64,000 nucleotides of DNA, from the NCBI GenBank assembly GCA_046715155.1, contig JBKJZI010000031.1, positions 10,875 to 74,874 on the forward strand, given 5' to 3'. This document shows positions 17,870 through 27,333 of the stretch, in pieces (position 1 is the stretch's first letter; the number at the start of each line of letters is the position of its first letter). Made by a program: the position numbers and the translations under genes. The stretch comes from Chthonomonadales bacterium. Lineage in GTDB: Bacteria > Armatimonadota > Chthonomonadetes > Chthonomonadales > CAJBBX01. Under the pieces are notes generated by a model. It saw only the letters and a program-made list of their open reading frames with translations. It was not told the DNA's origin and did no database searches.

Positions 17870-19418
17870 CCAATATGCCACTCGCTGGGCCAACGAGGGC
17901 GCCATCGTCAATAGCCGTCCTCACCAGGGTCGCTAGCTCTTCGTGCAGATATCCCGCGCTGTATCGTCCAAACGTGGTGTTATGCCAGAGAAGTACAAAC
18001 ACTCCACTGTGCTCCCGTGTTTGATCCAGGAGCCGGGTGATACTCGCTCGAGCTTGGGCCGCATCGAGTTTACGGTAGTAGTCCAGGGTGCTGTCCATCA
18101 GCGTCAATGGCATTTCCCAAAGGTTCATGACCCTGTTTTCAAGAATGTCGAACGGACGAAACGGGACGCATATCCCGCATTTGAATCCTTCTCGCTCTGG
18201 GAATCCGAGAGTGGATTCGTAACGGAATCCACTGTCCTCCCAATGTCGCCAGGTGTACGGCGCGAGAAACCGAAGCCCATGCTGCCGTCCTCCCTCCGCA
18301 TTTTCTCCCACGAACTCATCGAACGCGGATTTCTCCTCTAAGAACGCCGCCTGGCTTGCGTAAGTGCGGTAGCCGGGATGGAATCCGACTTCCCAACCTC
18401 GCTCCTGCAAGCCGGAGAGGTCCCACTCACGCGCGAGGAGTGAGAGTTTGTAGCCGGCGTCACCTATAAGACTGCTCGGCATCACGTATAATGACGAGCG
18501 GACGCCGTTCATTTCCTCCCATGCGGTAATTGCGTCAATATTGTCGTAGGGATCCTTTCGATGGTCCATTCTCCGTCTGAACCTGTGCTGTAACGAATTG
18601 GTTACAATCTGAAACTTGCCGCGCGCCGCGAGCGAAATCATTCCACGGAACGACAGGTCGGTCGCCTTGTGGTTGGTATCTATGTCCCGTGTTAGAGCCA
18701 TCGCGTATCTGCTGCCGGCCCATTCCGGGTTGCGGAATCGTAGACTTGCCAATTGGTCCTGCAGGATCGAGCGCAGGTACCGGGCATATTCATTGACAAT
18801 GGGGCGATCGACGAGGTCCAGCCGGAGCTGAAAACTCTCTTCTGCCAGCCGCCGGCCCCGCTTGTCGAGGGTGCCGGACGTTACTACTTCCTGGTAGCCG
18901 GTCAGGAACACGAAGGTCGAGGCTACCAGGTCAACGTTTAAAGTTACGCCGAGGTCGTCTGACCGAGTGAGGCCTGGATCAGCGGTTTCGGCCGCCGTGT
19001 AAAGGGCGCTGACTCCGTCGTGGTCGTATCTGCGCAGAGGCAAGGATTCGCGCTTCAGATATCGCTCGGGGCAGAAGAATCCGCTCGCACGAATGTGAAG
19101 ATGGGGTCCATACGATACTCGTGGAAGGGACGCGCCGTACGACACCACGCAGTCAAACAAGTCTGCAGGGATGTTCTCATCGGTACCGTATTCACGGATA
19201 TCTACGCGCGCTCCGGTGAGCTGCAGAAGCGTCGAGAGACCGTAAGCGGCCGCCGCTGAATTCCGCCCGGCCTGGCAAAGCGCGAGAATCCGCGGACCGC
19301 CGCTATCACATAACTCGGCCGGGGTTTGCATTACGGATGTTTTTGAGTGGTGGTCTTTCAACGATGCTTCCTGCTTACTCCGTTTTCCGGAGCAGAACGT
19401 AGTAGTTGATTCCATCAT
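17841..19418 (-). CDS. Polysaccharide deacetylase-like protein (CE4-superfamily-like C-terminal domain), function uncertain
   Basis: 525 aa. MALTRDIDT, GFHPGY, GGRQHGLRFLAPYTW, GFRYESTLGF and CGICVPFRPFD resemble a deacetylase-family pattern I recognise. The alternative start ATG 19331 would avoid the 44-nt overlap. Confidence 0.6.
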   Translation of the reverse strand: MMESTTTFCSGKRSKQEASLKDHHSKTSVMQTPAELCDSGGPRILALCQAGRNSAAAAYGLSTLLQLTGARVDIREYGTDENIPADLFDCVVSYGASLPRVSYGPHLHIRASGFFCPERYLKRESLPLRRYDHDGVSALYTAAETADPGLTRSDDLGVTLNVDLVASTFVFLTGYQEVVTSGTLDKRGRRLAEESFQLRLDLVDRPIVNEYARYLRSILQDQLASLRFRNPEWAGSRYAMALTRDIDTNHKATDLSFRGMISLAARGKFQIVTNSLQHRFRRRMDHRKDPYDNIDAITAWEEMNGVRSSLYVMPSSLIGDAGYKLSLLAREWDLSGLQERGWEVGFHPGYRTYASQAAFLEEKSAFDEFVGENAEGGRQHGLRFLAPYTWRHWEDSGFRYESTLGFPEREGFKCGICVPFRPFDILENRVMNLWEMPLTLMDSTLDYYRKLDAAQARASITRLLDQTREHSGVFVLLWHNTTFGRYSAGYLHEELATLVRTAIDDGALVGPASGILDAWEGWVRA

Positions 19419-20199
19419 GGCGAATGAGAGGCTCGGTAAACGGGAGTTTCCTCAACGTCCGCTCGAGGATTTCCATAGGTTTAGCTAATCCACGCTTCTT
19501 CAACCGACCCCAGAAAAAGAGCTGCCAGGAGAACTGTCCCTCAACGGTCAACCCTGCCTCGCGTGCCTGGTCCAGGTACCAGGGCCACGGTCGCAAGTAA
19601 GTGTCACCAGGGACATAGGTCTCCGCAGTGAGCGGGTTCGGCACAGGAGGCGGCCGACGGCCAAACCGCTTCGCGCGGGAGGCAACTCGAGCGAGCCGGT
19701 GCAGCATGCTGCTGCTGTTCTTGAAGTGCACGACTGCAACTCCGCCCGGCCTCAGCGCTCGCCGAAACTCCGCGAACATTACTACGACGTCCGCTGCCGG
19801 AAGGCACTGCAGCAAGTCTCGGCAGTGTATTGCGTCGAGCGTGTTAGCAGCGACGGGAATGGCGGTTATCGATCCGTTGCACAATTGGACCTGATACTCG
19901 TCGCGCTCCCTGGCCGGAATTCGGCGAATCACGTTCGGAGAAAAGTCGAGCCCGAGGATGCGCGGAAATACGCGATGGATGATTGAGAAGGCCAACCCTA
20001 CGCCGCACGCTCCGTCCATACACAGCCCTCGGTCGCGCGCGGATCCGAGCATGCGAACAACCGTATCCTCAATGAATTGCGTGGTGCCCGGCTGGAGTTC
20101 GTAAGCGCCCACTCCAACGACTTCGGGCAGATCTTCAACCGCCTCGGCGCGCTTGTCCCACCATTCGCGTGTGTGTCGGGTAGTTTCGTTATCAATCAT
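19375..20199 (-). CDS. Class I SAM-dependent methyltransferase
   Basis: Motif I CMDGACGVGLAF; LRPGGVAVVHF. ATG 20199 forms an ATGA overlap with the upstream stop and is preceded by GGGGGTGAAAAAGGG. The track start 20283 is an extension. Confidence 0.88.
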   Translation of the reverse strand: MIDNETTRHTREWWDKRAEAVEDLPEVVGVGAYELQPGTTQFIEDTVVRMLGSARDRGLCMDGACGVGLAFSIIHRVFPRILGLDFSPNVIRRIPARERDEYQVQLCNGSITAIPVAANTLDAIHCRDLLQCLPAADVVVMFAEFRRALRPGGVAVVHFKNSSSMLHRLARVASRAKRFGRRPPPVPNPLTAETYVPGDTYLRPWPWYLDQAREAGLTVEGQFSWQLFFWGRLKKRGLAKPMEILERTLRKLPFTEPLIRHDGINYYVLLRKTE

Positions 20200-21203
20200 C
20201 CCTTTTTCACCCCCGAGAATCTCGCGGCAAGGCCAACGGCTCGCCTCAGAATCCCGCTCGCTGACGATGGTGCGCGCCCCCACGAAATCGTATAAAAGGG
20301 AGTCAGCTCGCCGCCGAACTTGCGAAAAAACAGCTCGACCCCCGGAATCATCGAGCCCTCCAAGTCGAACGTTTTCAAGCCCAACTCTTCGCGCGTGTAA
20401 CGCATGGCTTCCCAGAGACCAAAGGTGGTCGCCGCTCTGGAGATACGATCATCTTGCTGTCGGTAGCCGCCCAACATGTAATAGCTGCGATACCGGTCAC
20501 AAACAAGGAAGATGGCCGAAGCCAGCGCCCCATCTGAATCGCGGATTCCAAACGTCCTGCACATTCCCGAAGGCGAAAGCGCACGCGTATACGACGCGAG
20601 AAGGTCTTCCCACCAAGCGGGGGATTCACGCGAGGCGCGGAATAGCTCCACACAGTCTTTCGCTCTCACACCTACGTCTACGGTCAGGCCCGACTTCTCA
20701 GCCTGCTTGATGCTCCGGCGGTGGTTCTCGTCCAGGTTTGCCCAGACTGTCTCCGCGCACGAAACGTCGACCAGGTAGGTATATCTTACCGCCGCGGTAT
20801 ACCCCGCCCACAAGTAGGGCTGGACATCCGGCGTATACGGCGATAATCGAACGTTGACACGCCTTAAGTCGCGTTTGAGGCGCTCCGCGGCGAGTTCGGC
20901 GACTGCTTTACGCGCCGTGATCGCGCTGCTTCGCTTGCTGGGACTCAAGAACACGGCCTGGCCGCTGTAGGGAGTGAGGCGCGAGCGAGCGCTTATTCGG
21001 ACATCGTTCTTGAGCTTCTCGTATTCGGCTACAAACCCGCCGATCAACTCCATCCCGTCGAACGCGCCGTAGATAGTGAACGCCTTGCCTCCCACGGCCA
21101 GCCAGGTGGTCGTGTGGAAGAGCGTGGCAGCCGGGCAGGAAAGGACGGCCTCATCCCACGCTGCAAACTCGTCCGCAGTCAGCGGGCGGAGTTCCAACTT
21201 CAA
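20196..21203 (-). CDS. FemAB-like / GNAT-fold acyl(aminoacyl)transferase family protein
   Basis: 335 aa. LFHTTTWL near the N-terminus, SYYMLGGY, and TFDLEGSMIPGVELFFRKFGG near the C-terminus. The layout resembles FemAB-family proteins found in EPS loci. Confidence 0.65.
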   Translation of the reverse strand: MKLELRPLTADEFAAWDEAVLSCPAATLFHTTTWLAVGGKAFTIYGAFDGMELIGGFVAEYEKLKNDVRISARSRLTPYSGQAVFLSPSKRSSAITARKAVAELAAERLKRDLRRVNVRLSPYTPDVQPYLWAGYTAAVRYTYLVDVSCAETVWANLDENHRRSIKQAEKSGLTVDVGVRAKDCVELFRASRESPAWWEDLLASYTRALSPSGMCRTFGIRDSDGALASAIFLVCDRYRSYYMLGGYRQQDDRISRAATTFGLWEAMRYTREELGLKTFDLEGSMIPGVELFFRKFGGELTPFYTISWGRAPSSASGILRRAVGLAARFSGVKKG

Positions 21204-21269
21204 GAGCCGCCTGTCCCCGCATTATTTGATCGGTTGCCGGCCCTCGTTTGTTCCCACGTTGTAACGAAG

Positions 21270-22346
21270 CTATGCATGCTTAGACCGTCCGGCGGCGCAG
21301 GACGCGTAGATCTCCAGGCACTGGTCCATTATCCGCTCGACATCGTGATACCGGCTAACGTATTCGGGTCCCTCGCGCGAAAGACGTTCACGCAGTGCAT
21401 CGTCCGCCATCGTCTTACGGAGGACGTCGACTAGATTGTGCGGGTTGGCGTTGATTATGGGCAGGTCCGGCCGATAACGTGAAACCAGCTCATCGTCCAG
21501 ATAGCAGATGACCGGCTTCCCCATTGCCATTAGCTCCAGGGAGACCTTACCGTGCCAGCCGAATAGGACCTGGTCCACGCCGAGGTCCGACCGGGCGTAC
21601 ATCGCCTTCACCTCATGAAAAGGTACCTTCTCAATGAGAATGAGTTCAACCTTCTCGCCTTCGGACTGGAGCTGCGCGACTGCGCGCTCAATGTAATCGG
21701 TCCCTTTCTTCTTACGCAGGGATGGTGCGTGCGCTATTCGGAAGACGCCGTCGGGGCTCTTTCGATACGGCTGCGGCTCGTAAACTCGCAGGTCGATCGC
21801 CTGCGGCACCAGGATGCTGTTAGGTACTACCGCATGCAGATCAGGCTCGGAAACCAACAAGGCGTCCGCGTACCGGACCCAGTGCTTCAGCGAACGCAAT
21901 TGGTCCGGACGACACATGGGCGGTTCCGGCCCTTCAAGGCCCTCCGTGCGCGCGCGGATGTAATCGAAATACTTGATATCCAGAAGATCCACTCCGCGGA
22001 AGTGGCAGAGAATCGTCTTGCCCATCCTTTTCAAAATCGGCAGATCCGGGTGTGGAAGGAATCTGGATCCCAGAAACGACTTCGCCCAGAAGAAATGGAA
22101 AACATCATATTCATGGCGCGCCCAGCGAAAAAAGCGATAGGCGCGGGTCCACTTCTCGCGCGTGGTCGGATACTGCTTGAGATCCATGTCAATGTCGTTG
22201 ACATACCCGAATGGCTCTCGGTTGTAAGCGGCGGCCGTGGCGGAGTAGCCCCGATCGCGGAGGGTGCGGGCCATCATAGGCATCTGTCCGCCGACGTCCC
22301 ATGGACAGAAGAGTACCCTCGGTCTTTTTTGCGGTGGTAAGCTCAT
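21270..22346 (-). CDS. Glycosyltransferase-like protein (GT-B fold, divergent)
   Basis: 358 aa. RVLFCPWDVGGQMPMMARTL start and C-terminal GWHGKVSLELMAMGKPVICYLDDE. ATGA overlap with the upstream gene at 22343-22346. Confidence 0.65.
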   Translation of the reverse strand: MSLPPQKRPRVLFCPWDVGGQMPMMARTLRDRGYSATAAAYNREPFGYVNDIDMDLKQYPTTREKWTRAYRFFRWARHEYDVFHFFWAKSFLGSRFLPHPDLPILKRMGKTILCHFRGVDLLDIKYFDYIRARTEGLEGPEPPMCRPDQLRSLKHWVRYADALLVSEPDLHAVVPNSILVPQAIDLRVYEPQPYRKSPDGVFRIAHAPSLRKKKGTDYIERAVAQLQSEGEKVELILIEKVPFHEVKAMYARSDLGVDQVLFGWHGKVSLELMAMGKPVICYLDDELVSRYRPDLPIINANPHNLVDVLRKTMADDALRERLSREGPEYVSRYHDVERIMDQCLEIYASCAAGRSKHA

Positions 22347-23278
22347 AGTCTGGGTTCCGCCCCCCTATGGCGCCACCACTCGACTGCGTCGGAGATGCCG
22401 CTGCTCAGATCGAACTTCGGGCGCCAGGAGGTCTCCCGCATTAGCCGCGTCTGGTCCGCGCAGTAAAAAAGTGGATCGCGTTCGTCTTCCTGCTGTGCCC
22501 CTAGATCCACCAATTCCTCCCGGCCGGTCTGCCGGCCGATCTCACTCGCCAACTGTGCCACGGTAACCGGTATCCCGGAACCGATGTTTACCGCCCCTGT
22601 CACCTCCGATTCCGCTACATCGCATATCGCGCCGGCCACGTCCCGTACGTGCAGAAAGTCACGGACTCGAGTCCCTCTCGTTAGCGGGCAACGCTCGCCT
22701 GCCAGCAGCTTCCGGGCGACGTAGGGCACAAGCCGTTTTTCACTCTCCATCGGCCCGTACAAATAGAATATCCGTGCCCAGGCCATCGACATGCCCATCG
22801 AGGTGCAGAATCGCTCGGAAAGAAGGTGCAAGGTGTGCTTTGCCGCGGCATAGACGTTTATCGGTCCCACCGTCGCGGATTCTGCGAATAAGCCTGGACC
22901 CTGCGCGTACTCGAAGCAGCTTCCGGTGATAACAAGGCGCCTGCAGCCATGTAGCGACAGATTCTGCAACAGCTTCATGCTGGAGGACACCCAGGCGGCA
23001 TTCCGAGGCGAATCGCGATAGTCCCCGGCTTCGCAGTACCAGGCGACGTGAAGGCAAACTTCGGGGGCAATCGCCGCAAGATCGGGAATGGCGCCATTTT
23101 CGATGTCTCCATGAACTACAGAGAGATCGTTTGAGAGGTCCTGAATCCTCCAATGATCGGATCCCTCACGCGCCAGCACAGTCACCTGGACTCCGCGGCT
23201 CACCAGCTCCTTCGCGACATGCGAGCCGATGAATCCGGTCGCGCCGGTCAAGAGGGCCCGCACAGCGCCAACCTCCAA
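22343..23278 (-). CDS. NAD-dependent epimerase/dehydratase (SDR)
   Basis: 311 aa. ALLTGATGFIGSHVAKEL; catalytic YAAAKH. Confidence 0.88.
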   Translation of the reverse strand: MEVGAVRALLTGATGFIGSHVAKELVSRGVQVTVLAREGSDHWRIQDLSNDLSVVHGDIENGAIPDLAAIAPEVCLHVAWYCEAGDYRDSPRNAAWVSSSMKLLQNLSLHGCRRLVITGSCFEYAQGPGLFAESATVGPINVYAAAKHTLHLLSERFCTSMGMSMAWARIFYLYGPMESEKRLVPYVARKLLAGERCPLTRGTRVRDFLHVRDVAGAICDVAESEVTGAVNIGSGIPVTVAQLASEIGRQTGREELVDLGAQQEDERDPLFYCADQTRLMRETSWRPKFDLSSGISDAVEWWRHRGAEPRL

Positions 23279-23291
23279 AAGAGCCGGAATA

Positions 23292-24362
23292 TCACTGGAG
23301 GAGCTCCACGATTCGGCGTGAAGCGTACCCGTCCCCGAAGATCGGTGGACGTGGCCGATCCGAAGGTACGGGCTCTTTCGCTAACCGGACGATAGTAGCT
23401 CTGTCGGCGCCGGCGAGCACGCTCCATCCCGTCTCTACCGTTTCGATCCACTCGGTCTCCGGACGAAGCGTGACGCAAGGCACACCGAGAATATAGGCCT
23501 CTTTCTGTACTCCGCCGGAATCCGTCAGAATCATTCGGGCATTCTGCTGCAGCACGAGCATGTCCAGGTACCCGAGCGGCTCGACCAGTTTGACGGCTGA
23601 AGCCTTAAGCCGCATGCAAGTTTCATCCCCCAGCAAGTCGATCTGCTTACGGGCACGCGGATGAACGGGGAATACGAGGGTGTCGCCGATATCCATAAAC
23701 GCCTGGAGGATCGCGGTGAGATTCTCCGGAATGTCTGTGTTGTAAGGGCGGTGTACGGTGGCAACCAGGTATTCGCGAGGAGTTAGCCCAAGGTCCGAGA
23801 GTGCCCGAGATCTGTCCATGGCAAGCTCGGAGAAGATTCTCAGAGCGTCACACATAGGGTCGCCCACGAGGTGAACGCCGCGAGTGAGTCCTTCCTTCTT
23901 AAGATTATCCACCGCGGTCTGCGTGGGACAGAAAAGCAGGTCGCTGCAGTGGTCGGCCAGGACCCGATTCTGCTCTTCGGGCATGTCCATATTGAACGAG
24001 CGCAAGCCGGCTTCGACATGTGCGAGCGGAATCCGCAGCTTGGCCGTTGTGATCGCGCCAGCCAGGGTGGAGTTGGTATCGCCGAAGATGATCACGCGGT
24101 CCGGCCGGTGAGCGCTCAGCGCTTCTTCCAGGCGGATCATGATCTCCCCGGTCTGGCGAGCGTGCGGACCGGAGCCCACTTCCAGGTTCACGTCGGGCGC
24201 GCGGATTCCGAGCTCGTCGAAGAAGACCTGAGACATGAGGTAATCATAGTGCTGCCCGGTGTGGATCAGGAGCTCTTCATGGCCCGCTGCGATGATCTCC
24301 CTCGAGAGCGGAGCGGCTTTCACGAATTGCGGGCGCGCTCCAAGGACCGAGGCAACCTTCAC
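23292..24362 (-). CDS. wecB: UDP-N-acetylglucosamine(-uronate) 2-epimerase, non-hydrolysing (WecB/WbpI-like)
   Basis: 356 aa. [42 protein letters not shown] and [25 protein letters not shown] overlap with the upstream gene. Confidence 0.9.
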   Translation of the reverse strand: MKVASVLGARPQFVKAAPLSREIIAAGHEELLIHTGQHYDYLMSQVFFDELGIRAPDVNLEVGSGPHARQTGEIMIRLEEALSAHRPDRVIIFGDTNSTLAGAITTAKLRIPLAHVEAGLRSFNMDMPEEQNRVLADHCSDLLFCPTQTAVDNLKKEGLTRGVHLVGDPMCDALRIFSELAMDRSRALSDLGLTPREYLVATVHRPYNTDIPENLTAILQAFMDIGDTLVFPVHPRARKQIDLLGDETCMRLKASAVKLVEPLGYLDMLVLQQNARMILTDSGGVQKEAYILGVPCVTLRPETEWIETVETGWSVLAGADRATIVRLAKEPVPSDRPRPPIFGDGYASRRIVELLQ

Positions 24363-25558
24363 GATGAGTAACGCCGCTCACGGTAGAACCGACGGATGGC
24401 CTCTACAACCGATTCCTGCATTTCGTTGGTGAGCTCGGGATAGATCGGCAGAGCGAGCGTTTCGTGGGCGGCGCGTTCGCTATGAGGCAGGTCACCCGGC
24501 CCATATCCGAGGTCAGCGAAACACTCTTGAAGGTGGAGCGGGACAGGATAATAGATCTCGGTCCCGATACCAGACTGCTTAAGATAGGCCATCAAGTTAT
24601 CGCGATGCGAGGAGCGGATCACGAACTGATTATAGATGTGGCGGCCCTGGCCTGTCTCTTCCGGGAGAATGACGCCGTTGTCAGGCAAGCCGTCCGAATC
24701 TGAGGAATCCGCGGCGAGGCCAGCATCGTGAAAAAGACGGCGATACCGGTCGGCATTTCGCTGACGGGATTCGGTCCAACCATCGAGATACGGTAACTTT
24801 ACTTTGAGCACGGCGGCCTGCAGCGGATCCAAGCGGAAGTTGCCGCCGACAACCTTGTTGTAGTACTTCGGCCGATAACCGTGGCCGCGCAGCAGCGCCA
24901 CTCGGTCCGCGAGGTCCGGGTCGTTTGTCACAACCATCCCTCCGTCGCCGAATCCGCCGAGGTTCTTGGAAGGAAAGAAGCTAAGGCAGCCCAGGTCTCC
25001 GATGGATCCTGCCCTGTTCCCGCGGTACTCCGCGCCGATCGCCTGTGCGGCGTCCTCCACGACGCGCAACCCGTGTCGCCGCGCCACTTCCATGACCGGG
25101 TCCATATCGGCCATATGTCCATACAAGTGGACTGGAATCACAGCTTTAGTTCGCGAAGTAACCGCTTTTTCCAGCGATTCGGGGTCCATGTTGTACGAAA
25201 TGGGATCGATGTCGACGAAAACGGGGCGAGCGCCGAGTCTGGCGATCGCTCCGGCCGTTGCAAAAAAGGAGAAAGAGGTCGTGATGACTTCATCGCCAGG
25301 ACCGATTCCGAGCGCCATCAATGACACGAGGAGCGCATCGGTACCGGAGGAAACACCTATTCCGTGCGCACAATGCGAGTACGTCGCTACTTCCCGCTCC
25401 AGCGATTCGACTTCCGGACCGAGGATGAAATGCTGAGACTCTATGATGCGATCCAGAGCCAGGCGCACCTCTTCCCGAATCGTGGCGTATTGCGCTTTCA
25501 AGTCCAGAAGCGGAACCGGCGTCACGTCCACGCGAGGCGCCTCGCTCGTTAAACTCAC
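24359..25558 (-). CDS. DegT-family aminotransferase (WbpE-like, 3-keto-sugar transaminase)
   Basis: 399 aa. [20 protein letters not shown]-lysine block. Lies between the WbpD-like and WbpI-like genes, with 4-nt overlaps on both sides. Confidence 0.88.
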   Translation of the reverse strand: MSLTSEAPRVDVTPVPLLDLKAQYATIREEVRLALDRIIESQHFILGPEVESLEREVATYSHCAHGIGVSSGTDALLVSLMALGIGPGDEVITTSFSFFATAGAIARLGARPVFVDIDPISYNMDPESLEKAVTSRTKAVIPVHLYGHMADMDPVMEVARRHGLRVVEDAAQAIGAEYRGNRAGSIGDLGCLSFFPSKNLGGFGDGGMVVTNDPDLADRVALLRGHGYRPKYYNKVVGGNFRLDPLQAAVLKVKLPYLDGWTESRQRNADRYRRLFHDAGLAADSSDSDGLPDNGVILPEETGQGRHIYNQFVIRSSHRDNLMAYLKQSGIGTEIYYPVPLHLQECFADLGYGPGDLPHSERAAHETLALPIYPELTNEMQESVVEAIRRFYRERRYSS

Positions 25559-26193
25559 GTTTTCCCTTTCACTTCCCCGGTCGCGAGGAGTGGTTTATCC
25601 TCCGGCCAATCCAGGCAGCGCAATACTCCGGATTCGACCTCGCGGTACCGCCAGCCGCTCTCCGGGCACTGATATGTCCGTTCGCCGTCCGCATGCTTGA
25701 GCCGGTGACCATGCCTGCTCATCCAACCCTTGCACACCGCCGGGACGCCGACCATAAGGGCATAGTCGGGCACGTCATCTCGCACTACAGCCCCCGCGGC
25801 GATGAATGCATATCGGCCGATGGAATGACCGCAGACAATAGTAGCGTTCGCCCCGATTGTTGCGCCCCGACGTACGACCGTTCCGGCGTACTGATCTCGT
25901 CTTACGATCTGGGAGCGCGGATTCGCCACATTCGTGAACACGCAGGCAGGCCCGCAAAAAACATCGTCCTCGAGCTCGACGCCGGCGTATATCGACACAT
26001 TGTTCTGGATCTTGACGTTACTTCCGATGACGACACCGGAAGCGATGAACACGTTCTGTCCCAGGATACAGCCAGTTCCGATCCGCGCGTCCTTCATGAC
26101 ATGGCAGAAGTGCCAGATACTCGTACCGGGGCCTATCTCACACGGCTCGTCCACATAGGCGGACGGGTGCACGTAATACTCTCGCTCGCTCAC
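25555..26193 (-). CDS. Hexapeptide-repeat (left-handed beta-helix) N-acetyltransferase (WbpD/WlbB-like)
   Basis: 212 aa. [63 protein letters not shown], plus the C-terminal extension typical of this subgroup. Confidence 0.9.
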   Translation of the reverse strand: MSEREYYVHPSAYVDEPCEIGPGTSIWHFCHVMKDARIGTGCILGQNVFIASGVVIGSNVKIQNNVSIYAGVELEDDVFCGPACVFTNVANPRSQIVRRDQYAGTVVRRGATIGANATIVCGHSIGRYAFIAAGAVVRDDVPDYALMVGVPAVCKGWMSRHGHRLKHADGERTYQCPESGWRYREVESGVLRCLDWPEDKPLLATGEVKGKT

Positions 26194-27242
26194 CAGGAGA
26201 GTCCGGCCTCCACGCCGTTGAACGTCTCGATTGGGAGGGCTACCGGCTCACCGTTTGTCACCAGCGATCGCTGGGCGGCCTCGAGCACCTTCAGCACTCT
26301 CAGGCCGCTTGCGCCGTCAGTAATAGGCGGCTTTCTAGCACTTATAGCGGCCAGGAAGGCCTTACACTCCATCCTCAACGGCTCATCGGGAGCGAATTCC
26401 ACGTCCTCGCCGACCGCAGGCACCGGAATCGTCTCGCCGCCCTTTTCCTCTACATGGTGGCGGTAGACTGTCAGCCTTTTGGCTACGTCATCGAAGGAGG
26501 CCATAGCCTCGTCGCCTACTACCACGAGACGCTGCTCTTTAAACGGATGCAGCCAGGATACATGGATGTGCGCCCGGACACCGTTATCGAACAGGAGATT
26601 CGTCACGGTAACGTCCGCAACGTTTGCGTGCAAGTAGCTTCCGCCGCATGCGTTCACCTGGAACGGCATGCTGCCCATCAGGCGAAGTATGACGGCCACG
26701 TCGTGCGGCGCGAAGCTCCACAGGATGTTCTCTTCCCGCCGGATCTTCCCGAACGACAGCCGGTTCGAATAGATGTACTGGACCTTTCCGAGCTCTCCGC
26801 CCGCGACGAGCTCGCGCAGCTTAAGCACTCCCGGGTGGTATTCCAGCACGTGGCCGACCATAAGGATGCGCCGGCTATCGTCCGCCAGCCGCAGGAGATT
26901 CGACCCATGATACGCCGTAAGGGCGAGCGGCTTCTCCACAAAAACGTCTTTGCCCGCCTCCAGAGCTTGCTTTGCAAGGTCAAAATGCGTTTCGGCGGGA
27001 GTGGCTATGACGACGGCGGAAGCCTCGGAGTCGAGTACGTCTTCGAACCGCGTTACAACGGGGACCTCGGGGGCGAGTGAACGCGCGGTTTCCGCGCCTG
27101 CCGGTGTGGGTTCGCAGATCAGCGCAAGCGCGTCGAGCTGATTGAAGTTGCGGACCAGATTCCGGCCCCAATAACCGCAGCCGACTACGGCGACAAGCGG
27201 CGGTTTCTCACGCTCTTCGATTACTTGGGTCACCTGGGCCAC
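26190..27242 (-). CDS. Gfo/Idh/MocA-family NAD oxidoreductase (WbpB/WlbA-like)
   Basis: 350 aa. [17 protein letters not shown] Rossmann start. The start may be GTG 27233, which has better spacing from GAGGAG, rather than GTG 27242. Confidence 0.88.
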   Translation of the reverse strand: MAQVTQVIEEREKPPLVAVVGCGYWGRNLVRNFNQLDALALICEPTPAGAETARSLAPEVPVVTRFEDVLDSEASAVVIATPAETHFDLAKQALEAGKDVFVEKPLALTAYHGSNLLRLADDSRRILMVGHVLEYHPGVLKLRELVAGGELGKVQYIYSNRLSFGKIRREENILWSFAPHDVAVILRLMGSMPFQVNACGGSYLHANVADVTVTNLLFDNGVRAHIHVSWLHPFKEQRLVVVGDEAMASFDDVAKRLTVYRHHVEEKGGETIPVPAVGEDVEFAPDEPLRMECKAFLAAISARKPPITDGASGLRVLKVLEAAQRSLVTNGEPVALPIETFNGVEAGLSW

Positions 27243-27333
27243 TCCTCAAGAAGCGGAAGGGACGTGAAAGAACCCTACCTTGCCGCCCACTGCAATTCAG
27301 GGAAACGGCAGGGTTCATTCGCCGTCCTCTGGT

